From Tricharina praecox (lineage: Eukaryota), in the NCBI RefSeq assembly GCF_024521635.1, contig NW_026250403.1, positions 992,001 through 1,056,000 on the forward strand: a stretch of 64,000 nucleotides of DNA, given 5' to 3'. Shown here piece after piece: positions 37,733-49,499 of this stretch. Every line of letters starts with the position of its first letter. Position 1 is the stretch's first letter. A program made the position numbers and the translations under genes. Under the pieces are notes generated by a model. That model saw only the letters and a list, made by a program, of their open reading frames with translations, was not told the origin of the DNA and made no database searches.

Positions 37733-40384
37733 ATGGCAACAACACCAGACAGGATAGCGAGTGCGGACGAGAAGCTCAGTGGGGTTTCGTCAAACATCAA
37801 TATCACCGGCGCCGATTCCGCCCACACTGCGTACGGGGACAACAAGTTCGTCGACCGCACCATCAGCACCAAGGACTGGGCTGCCAGGACGTTCGACAAC
37901 GTCCCCGGACAGTTGAAGGACTATTTCTTCAGCCTATTCCCCATCGCAACGTGGATCTATCGATACAACTTGACGTGGCTGACAGGAGATGTATATTACC
38001 GACCCGTCCCACCACGTGGAGAATGATTGGCTAATATATGACGGCGCGGGGCAGGTCATCGCCGGTCTCACGGTCGGAGCCGTGGTGGTTCCACAGTCCA
38101 TGTCATACGCCATTCTTGCATCCTTGACTGCGGAGTACGGACTCTATTCGAGCTTCATCGGAGTGTTCATCTACTGTTTCTTTGCCACAAGCAAAGACGT
38201 CACCATTGGTGTTTGTGTCCCCTCCCCGCTCTCCTCGCTCTCCTCGCTCCTCCCCATGATATACAATTTAGAGTACGAACTGACACGTGACCAGCCCGTT
38301 GCCGTCATGTCACTCGAGGTTGCAAAGGTCATTGCCCACGTGAAGGAAACCACCGGGAATGAATATACAAATGCGGAGATTGCTACAGCACTAGCCTTCA
38401 TATGCGGTATCATATGTTTGGGAATCGGCTTGATCCGAGTCGGCTTCATTCTAGAGTTTATCCCTGGTATGTACATGATGCACCTCGTCATGCACTTATT
38501 GTTTATTGGTCCGCTGACATGGTCTTTAAGCACCCGCTGTGGCGGGTTTCATGACGGGCAGCGCCTTCACTATCGCCTCGACACAGTTCCCCGCACTCCT
38601 GGGCATCTCAAAGCAATACGTCAACTCCCGCGAGTCGGCGTACAAGGTGGTCATCAACACTCTCAAGAATCTCGAGCACACCAAGCTGGATGCTGCGTTC
38701 GGGCTCAGTGCCTTGTTCGGGCTGTACGCCATCCGCTTCGGATTGGAGTATCTGGCGAGAAGATATCCGCAGCACAAGAGGAAGTTCTTCTTTGCCAATG
38801 TCACACGCAACGGACTCATGGTCGTCGTCGTCACCTTGGCCAGTTGGTTGACTGTTCGCGGCGACATTGCGGCCGGGAGGGAGCCCAGGGTCAAGATCTT
38901 GAAGGATGTGCCCAGAGGATTTCAGGCCGTTGGCCCTCTCAGGATCGATAGCACCCTGCTCAGTGCCATGGCACCGCAGATTCCGGTCGCCGTAAGCCAC
39001 GCAGTCATCCCTATATTGCATGAAGCTCTGTACTGACCCCGTGCAGACGCTTATCCTGCTCCTGGAACACATCGCCATCGCAAAGTCCTTTGGCCGCATC
39101 AATGATTACAAGATCATCCCGGACCAAGAGCTCATCGCCATTGGCATGACCAACGTGATCGGTAATTTCTTCGGTGCTTACCCAGCGACGGGTTCCTTCT
39201 CGCGCACTGCGCTCAAGAGCAAATCCGGCGTACGCACCCCGGCGGCAGGAATCGTCACCGGTATCGTCGTTCTCCTGGCCCTTTACGCTCTGACCGACGC
39301 CTTCTACTGGATCCCGATGGCCGGACTCTCGGCCGTGATCATTCACGCCGTCACCGATCTGATGTCCCCACCGCGCCAGGTCTACATCTTCTGGCGGGTA
39401 CAGCCCCTCGAGGCGATAATCTTCCTCGCCGCCGTCTTCATCACCATCTTCACCAACATCGAGAATGGCATCTACTGGGCGATCATCTCCTCGGCCCTCG
39501 TCCTCCTCTACCGAATCGCGCGCCCGCGTGGACAATTCCTTGGTCGCCTCCGCCTCAGCAACGGACAGCAGGCCCGCGACATCTGGGTTCCAGTGGACAA
39601 GCGCGTGCTCAACCCGGATGCGAAGATCCAGAACCCGCCACCGGGGGTCGTCGTCTTCCGGCCCAGCGAGTCGTTTACGTACCCCAACAGCTCGACACAA
39701 TGCGACGTGGTAGTGGACGAGATCAAACGGATCACCAAACGCGGCAAGCCGAACGCATTCCCGACGCTTGGCGACAGGCCGTGGAACGACATTGGCCCCC
39801 GCCGCGGCTTCACGCAGGCCGAGATCGACGGCGACACGCGTCCCGTGCTCAACGCGGTCGTGTTCGACTTCTCGGCTGTGGCCAGCATCGATACCACCGG
39901 CATCCAGTGTCTCGTCGATACCAGACGCCAGCTCAACAAGTATGCCGACCGCGAGGTCGAGTTTCACTTCGCCAACATCATCTCCCCGTGGGTGCGAAGG
40001 TCGCTGCTCGCCGGCGGCTTCGGCACTGGACAGTCCAGCTCCGAGTTCACGGAGGTTGCGGCGGTGGTCCCGCGGCGCGACGACGACGGCCGCGCTGTGT
40101 CGTCCCATCAGAAGAGGAAGGGTGCTGCAGCCGCCGGAGGGGAGGGCGGTAATAACTGGAAGATGTTCAAGAGCTATGTCCTGTCCAAGGACCACAAGGA
40201 CGCTCGCTTCCAGGGCAAGGAACAGTACTCGGACGTTGAGGTCGCTGCCCACGAGGAGGAGCATTGGGGCCCCGCGATGAGCCAGGATACGCCGTTCTTC
40301 CATATCGATATCCCGAATTTGGAGGGATTGGCGTATGGTAAGGTGGGGTCGGAGTTGAGCGCGCAGAGCTCGAAGAGTGGATGA
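37733..40384 (+). CDS. Sulfate permease (SulP/SLC26 family with STAS domain); about 5 exons
   Basis: 'FPIATWIYRYNLTWLTGD|VIAGLTVGAVVVPQSMSYA', 'FATSKDVTIG|PVAVMSL', 'LLEHIAIAKSFGRINDY', 'YPATGSFSRTALKSKSGVRTP', 'GDRPWND', STAS 'VFDFSAVASIDTTGIQCLVD', 'PFFHIDI'. Confidence 0.95.
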
Positions 40385-40912
40385 GTGGATAGGAGCAGGT
40401 TGGGTTATGTTCATCTTTGGGTTTGCGATCTTTGGGGGCTTCTTTGCTGGATTTTTTTCATGTTCTGCGGTACCGTTCGGTAATGTGTGGTTTCGGAAAA
40501 AAGTGATGGTTTACTCCGATGTCCACAGTGTGTCACTCGTGATCGATGCTCGTGCTGCAGCCATACCACCAAATAATTGTCATGATCTCTACTCTATAGG
40601 TCGCATGCAAACAATGATTAAACAGACAAACAGAATATACCACCAAGTATCGGCTTCCTCTCAGCTCCCCGCCAATCTATCGTAGGTATATACAGCCCGC
40701 ACATTACTCCCACAGCCCACTTCACCCCTCTAAACCAAACCAAAAACACTCGCCGACCCCAAATGCCAACGTCAAATGCCAAATGCCAAATGCTTCTAAA
40801 TGCCAAATTCCAAACGCCAAAACTTCCACAATCCATTACACCTTCCCCCACCCTCTCGACCCCACCCTCTCAACCGCACCCTTTTTTTTTCCGACCCCAC
40901 CCCATCCCCCCT

Positions 40913-41506
40913 TCAATTAACCAAAACCCACCCGTCCTGAACCCCCACTCTCTCCGCCTCCTCAACCTCCCAATCCTCCGCCTCGATCCCGACCGCTCCG
41001 TCGACCCCTCCATCCACCCCTCCATCGTCTCCATCCAACCCCCCGCCCAGCGGCATCCCCCTCTGCCACCGTTCACACTGCATCCCCCTCTGCCATTCAC
41101 TAGCTTCCGCCACCCGCCCCCGCCCCCGCTGGCTCTGGCTCTGGCCGACACTCCCGAGCATCCAGCTTGCTAGGCGGGTTATTCCAACTCCTAGGCCTCC
41201 TGCCCATCCAGATGGTCTTCCAGATCCTAAAGCGACACTTTCACCGCTAGGTCTGCCGCTAGGTCTGCCGCTGCCACGTCCGCTGTTGTAGCTGCCGCCG
41301 CAGCGGTAACAAGCATTCCGCCGGTACACTTCTGATACATGCAGTCGGGACTGCCGCGGCTGCCGCATCTGTCGGTACAGGTGTGTATGTGTTGTCCCCT
41401 GTTTTGCTGCACTCGTCGGCGCTGGGCAGCGAGAGGAGCAGGTGATCTGTGGTGTGTACGTGCTGTGGGAGCAGAGGATGTGGTGGGTTAATGTGTAGTG
41501 ACACAT
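40913..41506 (-). CDS. Small hypothetical protein (197 aa) with N-terminal MC..C-x-H...C..C...CxxC motif
   Basis: ATG in good context (GCAATGTG). Pattern 'MCHY.......CSH........C...C...CYRC' followed by a G/S-rich, then acidic, tail. Confidence 0.55.
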   Translation of the reverse strand: MCHYTLTHHILCSHSTYTPQITCSSRCPAPTSAAKQGTTHTHLYRQMRQPRQSRLHVSEVYRRNACYRCGGSYNSGRGSGRPSGRPSGESVALGSGRPSGWAGGLGVGITRLASWMLGSVGQSQSQRGRGRVAEASEWQRGMQCERWQRGMPLGGGLDGDDGGVDGGVDGAVGIEAEDWEVEEAERVGVQDGWVLVN

Positions 41507-41574
41507 TGCTGCTATGGTAGGGTGGAGGTGGTTGTGGGGTTGGAGGGGGGCGGGGGGCGGGGGTTGGTGGTGGG

Positions 41575-41710
41575 GTTGGTGAGGTTGGGGTTGTGGGTGA
41601 GGTGGTGAAGTGAGGTTGTGGTGAGGTTGTGGTGAGGCTGTGGCGAGGTTGTGGTGAGGTTGTGGTGGGGTTGTGGTGAGGTTGTGGTGGGATGTGGTGA
41701 AGTTGTAGTG
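41575..41710. repeat. Degenerate 11-bp tandem repeat (GTGGTGAGGTT)n
   Basis: Direct reading. Lies just upstream of the 41506 minus-strand start. Confidence 0.8.
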
Positions 41711-42939
41711 GGGTCGTTTTGAAGATGTACTGGATTGTGGTGGGATTGCGAATTCAGATGTAGATGGAAATGTAGTTCCAAGATTTCGATGTAGATGTCG
41801 GTTTTGATGTGGTAGATGTCACAGTAGATGTCGCAGTAGATATCCCAGATACTCGTAAACTGTGAAGAGGCCGTGAAGAGTCGAAGCAGTAGTGGAGAAG
41901 TAGTGAAACAAGTGCGAGGCAAGTAAGAAGTAAGAACGAAGCAGCAGCCGTCGTCGGAGCCGTCAGACTAAGTACCTCTCTCCCTCCCTCCCTCTCTCCC
42001 TCGCTCTCCCCCTCCCTCACTCCCTCGCTCTCTCCCTCCCTCACTCCCTCACTCCCTCTCTCGCGCGGACGCAGTGAAAGATACCGGTACTAGTTAGTAT
42101 GTAGAAGTGCGAACTCCGCAGTCAGTATAGAAGTCAAGAAGTCAAGTGAATGCGGCAGTAAGAGGTATATAGAAGTATTCGCCGCAGCGCGCGCATTCTA
42201 CCCAGCTACCCATCTACCCATCTACCCAGCTATTATATCGCACCCCACCGAGTCACGCGTTGTCAAATCATCAAATCATCGAATCGCAGCTCGCAAACAC
42301 GCCATCATGTGGGGAGAAGGAAGAGGTTCGTTGGCTACCTGGTTGACTGCCTGGCTGCGGCCGTTTGCGGACAAGACCACCAAGTTTCGTCCAATCCGCG
42401 GTATACACAACTTTTGTTCTGTGTTGTGCTGGCCGAACCCGCCCACTCCCGCCGGGAGCATCGAAAGTACGAGTATGATCAGCTGTGCACTTGATGTATC
42501 TCCAATCACTTTTCCGCTCACACTCCACCTGTTGGGTATCTGCTGGTCCCCCCGCTGTTTAGTCACGAATATCACTCGCCTCCCACACTCGCCCCCCTCA
42601 CTCGCCCCCTCACTCCCTCAGCGCACCAGCCACAGCAATCCACTTGGCAAGATGATATATATACGCCCACACGTGCCCTACAGCTCGTATATGTATCGCA
42701 ATCACTCCACCAACCCGCTCATTAACGTACGGCCTGTACCAAGTATATCGATGCACAAAAAAAAGAAGACCAGAAGATGAATAAAAATAAAAAATAAAAA
42801 CCAGAACACGACCGTATGGTATTTTAATAAGACATAAAACATTGCCAAACAACTAACACCCCCCGCCCCCCATCCATCCATCCAGCCACCCATCCGTCCA
42901 TCCATCAAAGTAAACCGTCATCATTATCCCGTAGACCAT

Positions 42940-45483
42940 CTATCTGAACTTTGCAACACACCGGCCCATAACCTCGCCCTGGCACACCAGCTCGGCGTTG
43001 AACTCGGAGCCATCGAGCGTGAGGTAGATATCAAAGTAAACGCGGTAGAAAGTACCCTGCGGCGTATCCATGCGTTCAAAGTCCTTCTCAAGGTTCTTAC
43101 GCGAGAGGTCACTGGTTAGAGTTACCACCTCCTTGATCCCTATAAAAATGTCCTCTGATTAATATGAGACCAACCACCATACGGGGGAATGGGTGGGACT
43201 TACTAGGATCTTTGGTGTACTCGGGGCACTGGTCGTCATCGCAAGCATACAGGATATCCTCGTACATGAGCGTGGCACCCGGCGCAACCTGTCTAAAGAA
43301 CGAGACCTTGACGGGCTCACCGATCTTGACCCTCTGGCCCTTGGTGACGAAGATCTGCCTGGTGTACTTGCATCGGTCCTTTCCGTCCAAGCTAGGGACT
43401 CGGTAGGCCTCGGGGTGGTGGCCCTCTTTGAATGGCTGCAGCGTGGCCATGAGGTAGTGGCGTCTCGCGACACGCGATGTGACGACGCGTTCCGTGATAC
43501 CGGCCGTTACCGCTCCCTTGACGATGGCAGCTACCGAGTCCATGGGGCGGACCACCTTGGACTGGAACTGGGGGGGCACGTGCAGCTTGATCTGCTGGAA
43601 GAGGTACTCGGAAGCACCGAAACCACCGACGACGAGCACGTTCTGCAACTGGCGGTTCTGCGCCTGGATGGCGATGATCTGGTTGCGGACGAGCTCCAAA
43701 ATCCGGTTCACGACGGGCTCGAAGCACTGCAGGATCTCCTCGTTGGTGAATGACATGAATCCCTCCTCGATGCCGGCTTCGGGGTATTCCTTCTCGATGC
43801 CCACATCCACGGCCCATTTCTGGCCGTTGTTTCGGAAGTCGGCCTTGATCCGATTCTCAAAGTCCATAATGCACTTGGCGTACACCTTGCCGGCCGTCTT
43901 GGAACCGTCGGGAAGCTTCATCTTGCGGATCTTGGCACGCAGGATGTTGGAGAAGTTGCGGTTGAGCGCGGTTGAACCACACGAATCTCCGGAGCCGGCG
44001 GTACACTCGGCGACGGTGAACGGGACCTCTTCCTCGACCTCGTAGGCGATCAGATCGACGGTACCACCACCGCAATCCACGATCAGCACCGCGTCGTGCA
44101 CCTTCAGGTTCAACAACCCCGTCTTGGAACAGAACATAGCGGCCGCCTCAGGCTCGGTGATCAGAGTGAGACGGTTGTCGTTCTCATCCCTTAAGAAACC
44201 GGCCTGAATGGCTGCGGCACGGGTAGCCGCCTTTCCTGCATCGTTCCAGATAGCCGGAACGGTCAGGAAATAGCGAATGTTGCGCTCCTCACGGTTGAAC
44301 ACCTCTCCCAGCGTCTTTTGCAGCTGTGCTCGCATGGCACCACGGAGCTGGAATAGGTAATCTGCCGCCACATCGATCTCGGACTTTCCCGGGGGGAGGG
44401 GAGGAAGGTTGATGGGATCGATGTAAGTGTTTCCGGAAAGCATAAGCTGAAGCTTAAACCATTCCACCTATAAATTCATCAGCAGCCGCTCATTTTTTGG
44501 CTCCGCATCTCCCTTTTCCCACCTTTTGTACACCCGGCTTGGGGTAACCTGTTGGCGCCAGAGCGTCGGCGATATCTGGACCCCATCCTACAACTTTCTG
44601 ATACTGATCGTAGTAAAGAACCGTTGGGATCTACACGAGACGAAAATTAGCCAACTGTCCACTTTTCTTCTTCTCTTTCTTTCTTTCTTTTCGAATCGCG
44701 ATCTACAAGTTGCAGCGCACTCCTTTCCACCCTTTCGATTTCTCACCTTGTTTTTTGTCTGATTACCAGCCCCAGGCCATTCCGTGATGATATCCTCCTT
44801 CGCTTCCTGGTCCGTTGCGAACGCGAAAGCAACACCACTAAAAGTAGTACCCTATGACCCGCTAATCGTCAGCAACCCACCAACTCGCAAAGCTCGAGTC
44901 CCAGGACCCCTGCTCTTTCCCATCTTCCGATGAAAATGGAGAGAAAGATAGAAAGAAAAAAACTCACAAAATCAATTCCGACAATCAACTGCGCCTTACT
45001 CCGATTATTCGTCTCCATCTCCGAAACAGGTGGTCTCATGCCTCCGCCCATGATGCCCTGTTGGCTGCCGGTACTGGCCCTGTGTTGCTGCTGTTGCTGC
45101 TGCATGGGGTATCCGGGCGGCTGGCCGTACGGTTGTGGCGGGCCCATCATCTGCTGATTCGACATCTGGGGCGGGATACCGCCAATCTGCGTGGGGCCGT
45201 AGGGAGCCCCGCCGTGCGGCGGCATCGGAGACTGCGGACGGCCCTGCTGCACTAGATGCGGGGCGCCGACGGGCGGTCCCACGTACGGAGGCGGATACGA
45301 TGGGGGTCGTTGCGGGCCCATCTGCGGATGGCCTTGCTGTACGAGGGCTTGTTGTCCTTGTTGCTGTTGTTGCTGCTGTTGCTGTTGGGGCAGTTGGTTC
45401 GGGGGCGGTGACGGCGGCGGAGGCTGATTTTTGTTACGGAAGCCCATTCGCAGTCGATTGCTGAAGCCGGGGTTTGACGACAT
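42940..45483 (-). CDS. Atypical Hsp70 (HSPA12-like, actin-like ATPase fold) with Q/P/G-rich N-terminal extension; 5 exons
   Basis: 'LIVGIDF|GTTFSGVAFA', 'ITEWPG', 'K|IPTVLYYD', 'EWFKLQL', 'LTVPAIWND', 'ITEPEAAA', 'VDCGGGTVDL', 'VVGGFGASEYL', 'VARRHY'. It lacks the canonical Hsp70 substrate-binding domain motifs and EEVD. Confidence 0.92.
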
Positions 45484-48323
45484 GGCGAGGGAGAGGAAGA
45501 AGAAAAGCGGGCGCGCGAGAGGGTGGTGAGAATAATAAACGTGGGCGTCTCTTTCTTTACGTTCCGGGATCGAAAGATGATTCTATTAAGAGGGGATACG
45601 ATCTGTGAAGCAGTGCAGTGGCTGCTGCGATCAACCAGGTGCCTTTCTCTGACCTGGGAATGTTTGTTGTATGGGTGGGGTGTGATGTGATGGGATGATT
45701 TTGGGGGGTGGGGGGAAGGTGGGTGTGTGTGTGTGGAAGGATGAATGGGCAGGCAAGACGGGCTGGCTTGCTGAGAGGAACACACAGCGAGGGACACAGA
45801 CAGAGAGAGTTTGCCGTGCTGCGTGCGAGTTCGGTGAGGCTGAAGATTGAAAGCGCGCAAGTTAGCTACTAGCAGCTTCCAGGGAATACGGAGATGGTGG
45901 TTGGTTGTTGGGTTGGGGGGAAGGGATTGGGGGGGGGGGTGGCAGTGGGCGCATGGTAGGTACGAGGTTAAGTAGAGCAGGTATTATGGGTACGGGCAAC
46001 TCACATTGTTACTTGATCTCTCCGTCTTTTCCTGTCAACCGAAGCGAGCGAGCCAGTTGGAGCAGAAGAAGAAGGAGGAAAAGCGAGCTGTTTTGCTTCT
46101 ATTGGTGCCGGTAGTTGCCACTTGTTAACACTACGGCCCTTCTATGATGAATGTGTCGATGGAGCTATTGCGGGATTCCGAGGACGACGAGCAGGAACGA
46201 GTGAGGGGGGGGTAGGCGACACAGCGAGGGAGCACACACGCACACGGGCGAGAGTGGTCTTGTGGAAAGAACGAGGTAGGGGGGAGAGTGAATGGAAGGA
46301 TAATTTGAGGGCGAGTCAGGTCGGTCAATCAGAGGGGAGAAAGAGGAGAGGGAGAAGCAAGGCAAGGTAAGCCGGTAGTGGGCTGGTGGAGGCTGGAGGG
46401 CGGCTGTGCAACAGGTGGGCGTGCTGGCGGTGATACGGGAGGGGGAACCAAGGGATATTCTATGGGCGCCGAGGATAGCGCGGCAGCAGCAGCAAGTGAA
46501 GAACGTCTGCCACTGACAAGCGTAGTGGCAACTGTGAGCGTTCCGGGAAAAGGATCTTGTATCGAGGCGGCGGGGATTGAGGCTGGGGACTGTGGTGGTG
46601 GCAATGGTGGTGGTGGTAGAATAGCAGTAGCAGTGGTGGTGGTGAGGAAGGGAGGGGCGAGAAGGTCGTCCGCAGTGAGGTGAGGGGTATTATGTGATGT
46701 GATGTGATGTAGATTGCTGGGGGTTGGGCTTCGTGATTCGACATCCAATCGAATCCACACTTTCCCCGTTGGGGTGGAGATATGACTGCCTGTTGACGGT
46801 CCCGAGTACCTAGTGTCTTCAGGAGCCGAGCACGACGGTCTGTATGTGTGAAGAGGATGGAGTATAACTATGCCATGCTGTGACGACTCCGCAATGCTGT
46901 CTGCCACCGTCTCGTCAATTCATTCGGTCCATGACGACCACCACTCCTCGCGATAGAGTGCTACCCCGTACCACGGAAGAGACCATCGCAATCGCAAGGC
47001 GGAGCTGGGGAAACCCCTTCCTTCCTGTGGACCAGGTATGGTACTCTATGGTATGGTACTCTAGATACTGCGCGTTCGCTTTCGCTGCGCCCCGACCTCC
47101 GTCTCGCTCGCTCTCAGACTAGACTCCCCCTCCCAAAGTCCGAGCAGAGGAAGGCGAGTCTCACCCGACCCGAAGATGCGATCGAAATTTACCTACCCAT
47201 TCAGCCTTACCCATCCCCGCCCAGCCGAGACGATCCCCGCCCAGCCGATCCCCATTATCCCGACTCCCCGCCGTCGCTCCATCATCATCAACCACCGTCC
47301 CTTCAGAGTGCGTCGCTACTTCTCTCAGCCTTCCCCCTTCCCCGCCTCCTCCCCTCGCTCATCAGCCAGAATCCCACCCCCTCCCCTTCCCCTTCCCATT
47401 CCCATCCCCATTCACCCTCCCTCACATGGGATGGCTGAAACCCTCCCAACACCAACCAAACCAACACTGACGACTAGGCAACCGCCCAGCTATGTATACC
47501 ATACGTACGGCTGAACTCCCACCACCCACCACAGCTTATTTTTGCCGATAAGCGTCGACAGCTACACTTCAGGCCTAGGCCGTTCTTATCCGGTGGGCTC
47601 CAACTATGCTCCAGAGTGCTAGCAACTTGCACCCAACCGAACCGACGCTGGAGGTGTTCCGCGTGCGCAGGGGAAGAGAAAGAAAGAAAGAAAAGAAAAA
47701 GAAAAAGAAGTACCAGGAGCTGCCAATAAGTGGTCCCTCACCACCATTACGAAATATAAGCACTAGTCTATATTAGGAGCGCACTAAGCCAGATACAATA
47801 AAATGAGTGAGTGGTTGTGACTAAGTTGTATGGGGAGGAAACGCTAAGCTGTATGGGGGACAAACTGGTGAGGCGGCACTTACCCTTACACCCGAGTACA
47901 TAATGCCGAGGGAAAGCGGGGACGTGAAGGAAGAACACCAAAAGAAAAGAAAAGAGAGGTGAAGGGAAGGGAAGGGCAGATCTGCGATACTTCTCGCGAT
48001 CGTAGGCATACGGTACTCCAGATACTTACCAAAGTAGAAAGTTGGTGGCGGCTGGTGGTGGCGGCTGGTGCACGTCCAATAGAGTAGTTACACCGTACAC
48101 GAACATACACGTGGTATTTTGTGGGATGGGATACGGGACTTCGGTATCGTCGGAGAGTACTTACCCACCTAACACAGACACATTGGGCCCTGAGGAATAC
48201 CTACCTTACCGAGTGCTGAGTGCTGAGTGCTGAGTGAACACTGAATGCTGAGAAATGGTATCTAGATAACATCCTCACCATCTTCCTCGAGCGCGAAGAC
48301 TTCACTCCTTATTCAGTCACATG

Positions 48324-48325
<2 letters not shown>

Positions 48326-48355
<30 letters not shown>
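48326..48355. repeat. (CA)n microsatellite
   Basis: About 15 units. Confidence 0.95.
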
Positions 48356-48358
<3 letters not shown>

Positions 48359-49499
48359 TTCCCAGGCAGACGACGGCCATTGCTGCCGCCGTTGCCGTCC
48401 AACCGTTAGATTGATTATTCGTATCTACTTTACCTACAGCATCAACGGGGAGTGGAGTGGAAGGGGGGGCGGCGATTCAGGCAGCGGGCAAGCTCTCGCC
48501 GCCCAGAGAGTTTACACCTAGGGTACTTTATGAAGGGATGCAGTCTCACCGGACATAGCATATAGGCCTACCACCATCTAGAGTACCATCTATGCAACTA
48601 CCATCTCAGCCCGGACCGTACCGTACGGTACCGGTGCTGGTGGTGCTGGTGGTGGCGGCGAGGAGTTCGCTTGCCCGCCCGCCCGCTCGCCCACCCGCTC
48701 GCCACAGATAGGTACAGATACGTCTACATCCAGATACCCACAGATAGGCAGGAGATCTCGGCGCGGCTCGCTCGTTTGCATTTACATACATTCGACCCAA
48801 CAGTTCCCAACTTCCCATATAGCCACCAGGCTGTCAATCTGTCAAGCCGGTAGACGAGATGAGATGTGTGGGGTCGGGGTCCCCCTTCACCGGCATCATG
48901 ATCAGATCAGGCAACCTGTTCACTATGTGCTGCTCCCCCCTCCCCTCCCCCTCCCCCAAACCAAACTCACGCAAACCAAATCACGGGCCTCTCCCGATAC
49001 ATCCGCCGCACCTGCCACCGCCGCAGCGCAGCTTCCAATTGTAAGCCCGAGGGACCTGCATGAAATATCTGAAAAACCAAGTGAGAACAAAAGTGTTTGC
49101 GGCATAGCATATCCAGCATAGCGAGGTAGCCCAGGGGGACCAAGACCCAAGAGTCCCATTCAATAGCACTTTGTATTTTTGTATTCACACTTCATTCCGC
49201 AATGCACACCAAATCCCCATCCCCACCTCCATCTCCATCTCCATCCCAATCTCCACCGCAATCTGTACACGAGTGCTGCAATTGGTATCACCATCATAAA
49301 TCCATAAAAAACAAGAACAACAACAAAAACATAAATTCGGGTATACCCCATCACGCACCACGCATCATAGACAGCCACACTAACGAAACCATACACCTCC
49401 ACCTCACAAACTGCCCGGAAACACACATCTCCCCAGTCCAGTCCAACAACGAAGAATTACCATACATCCATCCATCCATCACTCCCTCCCTCGCCCAAT

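Noticed and set aside
45500-49450. Many short ORFs between the Hsp70 and Q-rich genes
   Set aside because: They derive from purine/pyrimidine tracts and microsatellites typical of long fungal UTRs and promoters.
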